Shown: positions 6,640 through 19,148, counted from the first letter of the stretch. The stretch: 37,488 bases of DNA from Verrucomicrobiota bacterium (GCA_039796255.1 JBDKKE010000073.1:1-37488), one strand, 5' to 3'. The notes: generated by a model from the letters alone, not told the origin. Made by a program: numbers and translations.

Positions 6640-7284
6640 ATGAAATACCGCGCCATCCTCCTGTTCGGCGCCCCCGGCGCCGGTAAAGGCACCCAGGGCA
6701 AGATCCTGGGTCAGATCCCCAACTTCGTTCACTTCTCCTGCGGCGACGCCTTTCGCAACCTGCGCGTGGATTCGTCGCTGGGCCGGGTGTTCATGGAATA
6801 CGCGTCCAAGGGACAACTCGTCCCGGACGAGCCCACCATTGAGTTGTGGCAACGCACCATCGAGGGATTGATTGGCACCAATCGGTTCAATCCGGAGGCC
6901 GACACCATGCTCCTGGACGGCATTCCGCGGAATCCGAAGCAGGCGCACATTCTGGAGGATCTGATAGAGGTGAAGGCGATCTTCAATCTGTTCTGCCCCG
7001 ATGTGGACCGCCTCATCGCGCGTCTGCAGCGGCGCGCCCTCAAGGAGAACCGCCTCGACGACGCCAACGTGGAGGTCATCCGCGCCCGCCTCGAAACCTA
7101 CAAGCGCGACACCCGGGCGGTGCTTGAATGCTATCCGGACAATATCATCCACCAGATTGATTCGACGCAGGAACCCATGTTCGTGCTGCTCGATATCCTG
7201 AAGATCCTGGCGCGGATTCCCAAACCCGCGGTGAGCGACGGCAACACGACGTTTCTCCGCAAGGCGGACGTCGTCGCCGCTTGA
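6640..7284 (+). CDS. adk: Adenylate kinase-family nucleoside monophosphate kinase
   Basis: MKYRAILLFGAPGAGKGTQGKIL carries the P-loop GxPGxGKGT. Also present are LLDGIPRN and a LID-less short form. Confidence 0.8.
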   Translation: MKYRAILLFGAPGAGKGTQGKILGQIPNFVHFSCGDAFRNLRVDSSLGRVFMEYASKGQLVPDEPTIELWQRTIEGLIGTNRFNPEADTMLLDGIPRNPKQAHILEDLIEVKAIFNLFCPDVDRLIARLQRRALKENRLDDANVEVIRARLETYKRDTRAVLECYPDNIIHQIDSTQEPMFVLLDILKILARIPKPAVSDGNTTFLRKADVVAA

Positions 7285-8315
7285 GCGTTGACCCGCCGGT
7301 GGCCTCGCCTCCCGGCGAACCGGTCTGCGGGCCCACCGACTCACCCGCCGGCACCGCCTCCCGCCCCATTCCCCTTCGGGTGGTTTTCATGGGGACTCCC
7401 GAACTCGCACGCACCCTTTTGGTGGCGCTCGCTTCGGATCCCGGCGTGGCGTTGATAGCCGTCGTGGCCCAGCCGGACCGTCCCGGAGGGCGGGGACTTC
7501 ATTTGCTGCCGCCGCCGGTCAAGATCGAGGCCCAGGCTCGCGGACTGCCCGTGCTTCAACCGGCAAAGGCGCGTGATCCGGTCTTCCTGGAGCAACTGCG
7601 CCCACTGGCCCCGGATCTCATCATCGTGGCGGCTTACGGCCAGATCCTCCCCCAGGCCTTGCTCGACATTCCGCGCCACGGTTGTCTGAACCTCCACACC
7701 TCCCTCCTGCCGCGCTGGCGCGGAGCGGCGCCCATTCAATGGGCCCTCGCGTCGGGTGACGCCGAAACCGGCGTCACCCTGATGCGCATGGAGGCGGGCC
7801 TCGATACGGGACCGATGGTGACAACCGTACGCACGCCGATCACCGACGCCGACACCGGGCAGTCGCTGCACGACCGCCTGGCGACCCTGGGAGCCGAGTT
7901 GGTGGTGACCTCCCTTCGCGACTATGTCTCTGGACGGCTGATGCCCCACCCCCAACCGGAGGAAGGCGTCACCTACGCCCGCAAGATCACCCGCGACGAC
8001 GGCCGGCTGGACTGGACGCAGCCCGCCCGCGTCCTGTGGCAGCGGATGCGCGCCTTCACTCCCTGGCCCGGCGCGTTCTGCCTCCTGCCGCAGGGATCCG
8101 CGTCCAAATTGCTCAAGGTCCACTCCGCCAACCTCGTCGCTGCGGAAGCCAACCCGGCGGCACCCCCGGGAACGGTGCTATCCGCCGGAGACGACGGACT
8201 GCTGATCGCCTGCGGTCAGGACGCCCTGCGCCTCACCGAAGTCCAGCCCGAAGGGGGCCGCCGCATGAGCGCCACCGCCTTCCTCTCCGGCCACCGCGTT
8301 TCGCGACTGGAATAG
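7281..8315 (+). CDS. fmt: Methionyl-tRNA formyltransferase
   Basis: Motifs seen: VVFMGTPELA, AAYGQILP, LNLHTSLLPRWRGAAPIQWA, and the C-terminal domain LRLTEVQPEGGRRMSA. The TTG at 7281 overlaps the adk stop by 4 nt. An alternative GTG at 7380 lies immediately before the conserved VFMGTP. Confidence 0.85.
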   Translation: MSVDPPVASPPGEPVCGPTDSPAGTASRPIPLRVVFMGTPELARTLLVALASDPGVALIAVVAQPDRPGGRGLHLLPPPVKIEAQARGLPVLQPAKARDPVFLEQLRPLAPDLIIVAAYGQILPQALLDIPRHGCLNLHTSLLPRWRGAAPIQWALASGDAETGVTLMRMEAGLDTGPMVTTVRTPITDADTGQSLHDRLATLGAELVVTSLRDYVSGRLMPHPQPEEGVTYARKITRDDGRLDWTQPARVLWQRMRAFTPWPGAFCLLPQGSASKLLKVHSANLVAAEANPAAPPGTVLSAGDDGLLIACGQDALRLTEVQPEGGRRMSATAFLSGHRVSRLE

Positions 8316-8326
8316 GCGCTGGCGGC

Positions 8327-8410
8327 CGCCATCGCCCATCGCCCATCGCCCATCGCCCATCGCCTATCGCCTATCGCCTATTGGCTATCGGCCACCGGCC
8401 ACCGGCCAAT
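8327..8410 (+). repeat. Graded heptad array D (CGCCATC, GCCCATC x4, GCCTATC x2, GCCTATT, GGCTATC, GGCCACC x2, GGCCAAT)
   Basis: Twelve contiguous 7-bp units read directly. They fill the space between the convergent stops of fmt (8313-8315) and ald (8411-8413). Confidence 0.95.
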
Positions 8411-9532
8411 CTACCCTCCCCGCAACATTTCCGCTGGATCCGCATACGCCATTCCATGCGCCTCGGCGACAGGACGAAACGTCACCTGGCCTCCCATCAC
8501 GTTGAGCCCGGCCGCCAGCGACGGGTGATGCCGGCACGCTTCGGGCAATCCGAGGTCGGCCAGGAGTTCGATGAACCGGTAGGTGGCGTTGGTGAGCGCC
8601 TGGGTGGCGGTACGGGCATAGGCGCCCGGCATGTTGGCCACGCAGTAATGGGTGACTCCCTCCTCGACGTAGACGGGATCGTGATGGGTGGTCGGACGTG
8701 ACGTCTCGGCACAGCCGCCCTGGTCGATGGCGATGTCCACCAGCACGCTGCCGGGACGCATCTTCCGCAGCATTTCCCGATGAATGAGCTTGGGGGCACG
8801 GGCACCCGGGACCAGCACCGCGCCAATCAGTAGATCCACGTCCGGCAGGAGGTCCATGAGGTGGGCCTCGCTGGAATACAGCGTGTGCGCGGTGTGCAGC
8901 GTGATGTCGAGAAACCGCATCCGCTCAATATCCACTTCCAGAATGGTCACGTCGGCCCCCAATCCCTGGGCCATGCGCGCGGCATTGACGCCCGCCACGC
9001 CGCCTCCCAGCACGACGACCTTTCCAGGCAAGACGCCTGGGACCCCTCCCAGCAAGGTGCCGCTGCCCCCAAAGTGCTTCGCCAGAAAATACCCGCCCAC
9101 CAGAACGGACATCCGCCCGGCAATCTCACTCATGGGCTCGAGCAGCGGCAGGCGCCGGTTCACCTCCACCGTCTCGTAAGCCAGACAGGTGGCGCCGGAA
9201 TGAATCAACGCCTCGGTCAATCCACGCGCCGCCGCCAGGTGCAGGTAGGTGAAGAGCACCTGGCCCGGACGCAACAGCGCGTACTCGGCGGGCAGTGGCT
9301 CCTTCACCTTCACCACCAGATCTGCAGCGGCAAAAACGGCGGCATGATCGTCCAGCATTTCCGCACCGGCGGCGGCATAGTCGGCATCGGGATAGCCCGC
9401 GCCCTCCCCGGCACCCCGCTCCACCAGCACCCGGTGGCCGCGACGGATCAACTGATAAGCGGCGGACGGCAGCAAGGCCACTCGATGCTCCTGTGCTTTG
9501 ATCTCCCGGGGGACACCCACAATGGTGGTCAT
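8411..9532 (-). CDS. ald: Alanine dehydrogenase
   Basis: MTTIVGVPREIKAQEHRVALLPSAA. Rossmann motif VVVLGGGVAGVNAARMAQGLGADVTILE. Full length at 373 aa. Confidence 0.9.
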   Translation of the reverse strand: MTTIVGVPREIKAQEHRVALLPSAAYQLIRRGHRVLVERGAGEGAGYPDADYAAAGAEMLDDHAAVFAAADLVVKVKEPLPAEYALLRPGQVLFTYLHLAAARGLTEALIHSGATCLAYETVEVNRRLPLLEPMSEIAGRMSVLVGGYFLAKHFGGSGTLLGGVPGVLPGKVVVLGGGVAGVNAARMAQGLGADVTILEVDIERMRFLDITLHTAHTLYSSEAHLMDLLPDVDLLIGAVLVPGARAPKLIHREMLRKMRPGSVLVDIAIDQGGCAETSRPTTHHDPVYVEEGVTHYCVANMPGAYARTATQALTNATYRFIELLADLGLPEACRHHPSLAAGLNVMGGQVTFRPVAEAHGMAYADPAEMLRGG

Positions 9533-9583
9533 GCAGGAAGCGTGAACCGAGCGCGGTTTGAGGCAAGAGATTGGTCGCCTTCA

Positions 9584-9674
9584 ACCTTCTCCCTTCCGCC
9601 TTCCGCCTTCTGCCTTCTGCCTTCTGCCTTCTGCATTCCACCTTCTGCATTCTTCCTTCCGCCTTCTCCCCTCC
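9584..9674 (+). repeat. Heptanucleotide tandem array (GCCTTCT)n, 13 units (4 perfect, 9 degenerate)
   Basis: ACCTTCT CCCTTCC GCCTTCC GCCTTCT x4 GCATTCC ACCTTCT GCATTCT TCCTTCC GCCTTCT CCCCTCC. The array lies in the divergent ald/CRTAC1 intergenic region and ends 45 nt before the GTG at 9719. Confidence 0.95.
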
Positions 9675-9718
9675 GAGTCGGGCGCAGACTTCGGCCATGG
9701 TCCTGCTACGTTGGCGGC

Positions 9719-12058
9719 GTGCCGCGTGCCGAACAGCGTCCTTGGATCCGCAACCGCCTCCGCCGCACCCGGAACTTTTTTGCGGCGACGTTGGCCGTTT
9801 TGCTGGGTCACTTTGCAGGGGTTCATGCAGCGGAAGCCGAGGTGCGAGGGGTGACGGCTTCGGGACGGGCACGCCCACAGCCGGCCAGCACCCGCAAGAT
9901 GGTCGATCTGCTGGCTCGCTTCCGCGAGACCACCGATCCTCGGTTGGCCCCGTACCTCTGTGCCGGTCAGCTTCCCCGCCTGGAGGCGGCCCTGGCAGCG
10001 ACGACCCATGGACAGCAGCAGGCGCCGCTTCTCCTCAGCTTGGCCTACCAGCAATTGCTGTCTGGCAAGAGTCAGGCGTCGATCGACACCCTGACCCGGC
10101 TGGAGAAGCAGGTCGCGGCCTCGGGCGGGACGGTGGATTCCCGGGCCCAAACGGAGATCCGGGTTCGCAAGGTGATTGCCTTTCTCCGGCTGGGCGAGCA
10201 GGAGAACTGCCAGGTCAACCACACCGCGACGTCGTGCCTGTTCCCCATTCAGCGGGAAGGACAGCACCAACTGCCGCGCGGCTCCCGTGGGGCGATCACC
10301 CTTTTGAACGAGCAACTGAAGGAGTTCCCCAATGACCTGGGATCCCGCTGGCTGCTCAACCTGGCGCACATGACCCTGGGGGAATGGCCGTCCAAGGTTC
10401 CCGCCCCCTGGTTGATTCCCCCGTCGGTCTTCGCCTCAGAATACGATCTGCCCCGCTTTCCCGAGGTGGCCGGGTCACTCGGACTCGATGTCGATGATCT
10501 GGCCGGCGGAGTGATTGTGGATGACTTCACCAATGACGGATTTCTCGACGTCATGGTCTCTGCCTGGGGACTCGACGGACAGCTCCGCCTGTTCCGCAAC
10601 GAGCGCAATGGCACCTTTCTGGAAGTCACCGAGGAGGCGGGCCTGACCGGACTGGTCAGCGGACTCAACATCCAACAGACCGACTACAACAACGATGGCT
10701 GGCTGGATGCCTGGATTCTACGCGGCGCCTGGGTGGGCAAAGCCGGCCGGGTGCCGAACTCGCTTCTGCGAAACAACGGGGGCGGGACCTTCACGGACGT
10801 GACGGAGGAGGCCGGACTTTTCAGCCTGCATCCGACCCAGACCTCAGCGTGGTTTGACTATGACAATGACGGCTGGATCGACCTCTTCGTTGGAAACGAG
10901 ACCACCAAGGTGAGCGATCCGGATCCGTGCGAACTCTTCCACAACAACGGCAATGGAACCTTCACCGAATGCGCTGCCGCCTCGGGGTTGCGCATTCAGC
11001 GCTTCGTGAAGGGCGTGGCCTGCGGAGATTATGACCGGGATGGCCGGCAGGATCTGTACCTGTCCTGCCTCGACGGGCGAAATGTGCTCCTGCGCAATGA
11101 AGGCCCCGCGGACGCCGTCGCGGGGCTGCGGGGTCCCTGGAGCTTCCGCGACGTGTCGGCGACGGCGGGCGTGTCGGAGGAAATCCTGAGCTTTTCTACC
11201 TAGTTCTTCGACTACGACAACGACGGCTGGGAGGACCTCTTCGTCAGCGGCTACCAGATACGGAACGTCGGCGACGTAGCCGCCGACTACCTGGGTCTCG
11301 CGCACGGCGCCGCCCTGCCTCGGCTTTACCGCAACAACGGCGATGGAACCTTTGCGGACGCCACCCAGTCCACCCACATGAACCGCCTATGCCACACGAT
11401 GGGCTGCAACTTTGGCGACCTCGACAACGATGGCTGGCTGGACATGTACCTGGCGACCGGCGATCCCGACCTCACCACCCTGATTCCCAACCGCATGTTC
11501 CGCAATGCAGGCGGCAAAACCTTCCAGGAAGTGACGACCGCGGGAGGCTTCGGCCACCTGCAAAAGGGACACGCCATCGCCTTCGCCGATCTGGACAACG
11601 ACGGAGATCAGGATGTGTACGCCGTGTTGGGAGGCGCTTACGCAGGCGACAACTACCGCAATGCCCTGTTTCTGAACCCCGGCACCACGAATCACTGGCT
11701 TAAGCTAAAACTGGAAGGCACCCGCTCCAATCGGGCCGCCCTGGGCGCCCGCATCCACGTGCGGCTCGAAACACCCAGCGGCCCGCGCAGCCTCTTCAAG
11801 ATCGTCAACAGCGGCGCCAGCTTTGGCTCCAACCCCCTGCGCCAGGAACTCGGCCTCGGCGACGCCACCGGCATCACCTCAGTGGAAGTCACCTGGCCCG
11901 CGACCGGAGTGCCGCAGGTCTTCCAGGGACTTGAGCGGGACCAGACCTACCACCTCAAGGAAGGGAACAGCGCCGCCGTCGCGATTCAGCTCCAGCGGAC
12001 GGAGTTTGACCTGCAGAAGAAGGTTCCCCACCGCCATCGCGATCAGGCCGGACAATGA
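9719..12058 (+). pseudogene. CRTAC1/ASPIC-UnbV family FG-GAP repeat protein interrupted by one in-frame TAG (11201-11203)
   Basis: The two track ORFs (8861..11203 and 11378..12058) are in the same frame, and 11204-11377 is open in that frame. FG-GAP motifs run across the break: WFDYDNDGWIDLFV, CGDYDRDGRQDLYL, ST*FFDYDNDGWEDLFV, FGDLDNDGWLDMYL, FADLDNDGDQDVYA. A C-terminal UnbV/ASPIC-type domain follows (NHWLKLKLEGTRSNRAALGARIHV). The likely start is the GTG at 9719, which gives a signal-like RNFFAATLAVLLGHFAGVHA. The first in-frame ATG is at 9899. The ORF-track part 8861-9718 is antisense to ald. Confidence 0.75.
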
Positions 12059-12099
12059 TCTCGCCGGCGACGGCAACGGTGATCATCGCTGACGACGAC

Positions 12100-12507
12100 C
12101 TACGAGCGCCGGCGGCGTTTGACGTTGAGCTGGGTCAGCGAATGCATCAGCGCCGCCTGCACGGTGGCCTGCTCGTCGGATCCCAGCTTGTCCTGCAACC
12201 GAGCCTCGGCGCGCTTCCTCGCCTCTTCGGCCTTCGTCTCATCGATGTCATCGGCCCGGATGGCCATGTCGGTGAGGATGGCGACCCGCTCGCCGGACAC
12301 CTCGACAAATCCCTCGCCCACGGCGAGGAAGTGATCCTGCCCGTTCTTCCGGGCGCACACTTCGCCGGCGGACAACTGCGTCATCAGCGGAATGTGCATC
12401 GGGAAGATGCCCAGTTCACCCTCGACGCCGGGGAGCGTAACGCTGTCCACATCCTCCGAGTAGATCTTCGCCTCGGGAGTGACAATTTCGAGCTTCAGTG
12501 TGGCCAT
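12100..12507 (-). CDS. atpC: F1 ATP synthase subunit epsilon
   Basis: MATLKLEIVTPEAKIYSEDVDSVTLPGVEGELGIFPMHIPLMTQL. It is the last gene of the operon. Confidence 0.9.
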   Translation of the reverse strand: MATLKLEIVTPEAKIYSEDVDSVTLPGVEGELGIFPMHIPLMTQLSAGEVCARKNGQDHFLAVGEGFVEVSGERVAILTDMAIRADDIDETKAEEARKRAEARLQDKLGSDEQATVQAALMHSLTQLNVKRRRRS

Positions 12508-12574
12508 GACATTTCAATTCCGGAACCGCATCGACGACCAAAATCCCAGTCTCCGGATCCAGCTTCCCATCTGC

Positions 12575-12601
12575 GGAAACTGAAAACCGAAAACCGAAAA
12601 C

Positions 12602-12602
<1 letters not shown>
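12575..12602. repeat. Heptamer tandem (GGAAACT GAAAACC GAAAACC GAAAACT)
   Basis: Read directly in the atpD-atpC intergenic region. It abuts the atpD stop codon. Confidence 0.85.
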
Positions 12603-15036
<2,434 letters not shown>

Positions 15037-15078
15037 GGGTGGGTTCGGAGCGCGGACCGGCCGCGCTTCCGGAAAGGA

Positions 15079-16611
<1,533 letters not shown>

Positions 16612-16662
16612 CGCGGAAACTGAGTTTTGAAAATGGAGGGTCGGAAGGTTGCGGTTACGAAC

Positions 16663-17055
16663 TTACAGGGCGGCTTCCAGGGCGGCCAGACGGCCGGCCA
16701 CACTGCCGTCATAAATGTCACTGCCCACGCGGATCTTGATTCCGCCAATCAGGGCGGGATTTACAAAATAGGAGAGATTCAATCCCGGGCCGTAGCGGCG
16801 GGTCAGGCCCTCCTCAATGCTCTTCATCATCGCCGGCGAAGTCTCCACGGCATTCTCCACCCGTGCGGTGCGGCGGTCGATGTCCAGCTTCACCAGGCGC
16901 TGAAAATGGGTGAGCGCGGCTAGGTAGCCACGGGGCTTGGCGACAATCACGCGGCTGACGGCATCGCGCACCCGAGACTCATCCAGCACCCCGTTCACCC
17001 GGCAGGCGTTGAAGAGGTCGCGTCCGTCGCGCCGGGCCTGTTTGGTAATCTTCAT
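16663..17055 (-). CDS. atpH: F1 ATP synthase subunit delta (OSCP), unusually short at 130 aa
   Basis: It sits between atpF and atpA. The C-terminal signature is ALIGGIKIRVGSDIYDGSVAGRLAALE. Confidence 0.8.
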   Translation of the reverse strand: MKITKQARRDGRDLFNACRVNGVLDESRVRDAVSRVIVAKPRGYLAALTHFQRLVKLDIDRRTARVENAVETSPAMMKSIEEGLTRRYGPGLNLSYFVNPALIGGIKIRVGSDIYDGSVAGRLAALEAAL

Positions 17056-17096
17056 CGTCGGGGACTGGGAATTTCGGGATTAAGGCTTGGGAGGCT

Positions 17097-17648
17097 TCAG
17101 GCGGCCAACTGGCGAACGGCGTCCTCGGCGAGGCGGCCCTTTTGATCAGCGGACAGCACATCCCCGGTGGACCGGGCGGCGGCCTGCACCACTAGGCGGC
17201 CGAACTCCTTGCGCAATTCACCCTTGAGCCGAACCAATTCGGCATCGCCGGCCTCACGGGCCTTGGCGAGAATGTTCTGGGCATCGGAGATCGCCTTCTG
17301 GCGCTCCTGCTCCGCCACCACAGCGGCAGCGGCGCGGGCCTCCTCGATAATCTTGGTGGCCTGCTGGCCGGCCTGGCCGATGACTTCCGAAGCCTTGGCC
17401 TGGGCATTGGCAAGTTCGCGTCCGGCCTTGTCGGCATTGGACAGCCCCTCGGCAATCTTCTGACGGCGCAGTTCCAACTGCGCGAGGATCGGCTTGTAGG
17501 CGAACCGGTGCAGCAGGACGGCGACGATAACGAAGCTGACCGCTTGGGAGATGAACAGCGGCGTGTTAAAGCCAAACTGCTCGCCAGTCTCCTTGGCGAT
17601 CTGCATCAGGCCACCCTCGGCGGCGGCCAGAAAAGGAATTGCGGTCAT
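17097..17648 (-). CDS. atpF: Fo ATP synthase subunit b
   Basis: A single N-terminal TM helix (LFISQAVSFVIVAVLL) is followed by a long charged Ala/Glu/Lys/Arg coiled coil. Its operon position fits subunit b. Confidence 0.85.
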   Translation of the reverse strand: MTAIPFLAAAEGGLMQIAKETGEQFGFNTPLFISQAVSFVIVAVLLHRFAYKPILAQLELRRQKIAEGLSNADKAGRELANAQAKASEVIGQAGQQATKIIEEARAAAAVVAEQERQKAISDAQNILAKAREAGDAELVRLKGELRKEFGRLVVQAAARSTGDVLSADQKGRLAEDAVRQLAA

Positions 17649-17707
17649 GAAAGGTCGGGGCGGAAAGGAGAATTGGGTGCCGGACCGAAGTCCGACACCC
17701 GGAATGG

Positions 17708-17917
17708 TTACTTCGCGAGGAAGATGGCGAAGAACACGATGCCTTCAGCGAAGGCGGTGCTCAAAATCGCCTGCACGAGGATCTTGGTGGCGGCACCGGG
17801 ATTCCGGCCGACCGCTTCAGATGCCTTCATGCCGATCATTCCCACGCCAATGGCGGCACCGGCCGCGGCAAACGCGACGTGAAGGTTGCCGGACATTTCA
17901 GCGAACATGGGCAGCAT
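17708..17917 (-). CDS. atpE: Fo ATP synthase subunit c
   Basis: A 69-aa hairpin protein with the GRNPGA loop and the conserved carboxylate in TAFAEGIVFFAIF. Confidence 0.9.
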   Translation of the reverse strand: MLPMFAEMSGNLHVAFAAAGAAIGVGMIGMKASEAVGRNPGAATKILVQAILSTAFAEGIVFFAIFLAK

Positions 17918-17995
17918 AGTTGGTCTTTCTCTTTCTCTGTTGTTACTGATCGCCCCGGCAGTCTGGCCACCGTCTGACGACCAAAAGTGATGGGA

Positions 17996-18952
17996 TCAGT
18001 GAGCGCCGTCGGCCTTCTCGTGCCCCGGTCCGTGTCCGTGGCCCTCCTCATCGTGCGTGCAGATGAGCAGGGTGAACACCGCCGTGAGCAGCATGAACAC
18101 CAACGCCTGGACGACACCGACCAGCAATTCCATTCCGTAGAACGGCAGCGGCAGGAGCCACCCGAAATAGGGCCCACCCAGGTGGGTCATGGTCTCCAGC
18201 ATGTTTTCACCGGCGAAAATGTTGCCGTAGAGACGGAAGCTGAGGGACACCGGACGGAAGAGGATGGAGACCACCTCCAAGATACCCACCGCAAAGAACA
18301 CGATGACCATGACGATCTTCATGAACCCGGTGGAATCGCCCTTGGCCCCAAACAAATGGCTGATAAAGCCGCCAAACCCATTGGCTTGAATGGCCCAAAA
18401 GATCCAGCAGGCGAAAAAGACCATCGACATGGCCAGAGTGGTGTTCAGGTCGGCATTGCCACCCCGCAGCAGCGGTCGCGTAACGTGGAATCCATGGGCC
18501 GTCTGCTCTCCCCAACCCACCGTGCCCACTCCGGGAATCAACCCGAACCAATTGGAGGCCAAGATCACGATGAAGATCGTGGCGAAGAACCAGAACGTCT
18601 TTTTGACCAAGTCCGACCCGATGATGCCCTCCAAAAACTCGTAAAGCGACTCCACCAACCACTCGGCAAAATTCTGCGCCCCCTCCGGAACCATCTTCAT
18701 GTTCCGCGTGGCCACCTGCGCCCCAACGATCAACAGCACGGCCACCGCAAACATCATCACCGTTGAATTGTTAATCTCCAGCGGCCCCATCCGCATCACC
18801 CAGGGCGCGTCGGCTGGAAGACCCTCAGACGAATGTTCAGCACCAGCACCAGCACCATGGGCAGCCTCTGCGGCGCCGTGTTCTGCACCGAGAACCGCGG
18901 CCGGCAGAACCGTCCACACGAGCACTGCGAGAAGTATGTTGAGCCAACGCAT
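17996..18952 (-). CDS. atpB: Fo ATP synthase subunit a
   Basis: Motifs seen: LASNWFGLIPG, RPVSLSFRLYGNIFAGE (conserved Arg) and LVGVVQALVFMLLT. The ATG at 18952 gives MRWLNILLAVLVWTVLPAAVLG. The ORF-track start at 19027 is an upstream GTG. Confidence 0.85.
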   Translation of the reverse strand: MRWLNILLAVLVWTVLPAAVLGAEHGAAEAAHGAGAGAEHSSEGLPADAPWVMRMGPLEINNSTVMMFAVAVLLIVGAQVATRNMKMVPEGAQNFAEWLVESLYEFLEGIIGSDLVKKTFWFFATIFIVILASNWFGLIPGVGTVGWGEQTAHGFHVTRPLLRGGNADLNTTLAMSMVFFACWIFWAIQANGFGGFISHLFGAKGDSTGFMKIVMVIVFFAVGILEVVSILFRPVSLSFRLYGNIFAGENMLETMTHLGGPYFGWLLPLPFYGMELLVGVVQALVFMLLTAVFTLLICTHDEEGHGHGPGHEKADGAH

Positions 18953-19027
18953 GACAGGAACGAGAGGCTTCGAAACGGAGCAATCCGTTCCGTGAACGAC
19001 CCGAATGATGGGCAAAATTGGCGGCAC

Positions 19028-19060
19028 GTGAAATTTTTCACAAGAGGTTTTTTTGTGAAA
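19028..19060. promoter_or_regulatory. AT-rich GTGAAA palindrome cluster in the atp/peptidase divergent promoter region
   Basis: GTGAAATTTTTCACAAGAGGTTTTTTTGTGAAA. It holds three GTGAAA/TTTCAC half-sites and an 8-bp inverted repeat TTTCACAA/TTGTGAAA. It looks like the most AT-rich patch in the window and lies 76 nt upstream of the atpB ATG. Function not shown. Confidence 0.3.
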
Positions 19061-19148
19061 TCGGGATACCCACTTTTGGGTTCACGAATTTCGCAGTATC
19101 CATTCCTTGAGGCTTTCCTCATCTCGGCCGCCGTGCGATGCACCCGCT

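Noticed and set aside
8327-8410. Heptad arrays considered as CRISPR arrays
   Set aside because: The units are 7 bp and contiguous with no spacers. No cas genes or leader are present.
8861-9718. The N-terminal 286 codons of the 780-aa ORF 8861..11203
   Set aside because: This part runs antisense through ald and through the (GCCTTCT)n array, giving the peptide LPPSAFCLLPSAF. A signal-peptide-like start appears only at the GTG at 9719.
11201-11203. TAG recoding (pyrrolysine or genome-wide reassignment)
   Set aside because: TAG ends fmt, ald, the HlyD-family gene and the ABC ATPase in this same window. No pyl genes are seen. A point nonsense mutation (TGG>TAG) or a sequencing error is more parsimonious.
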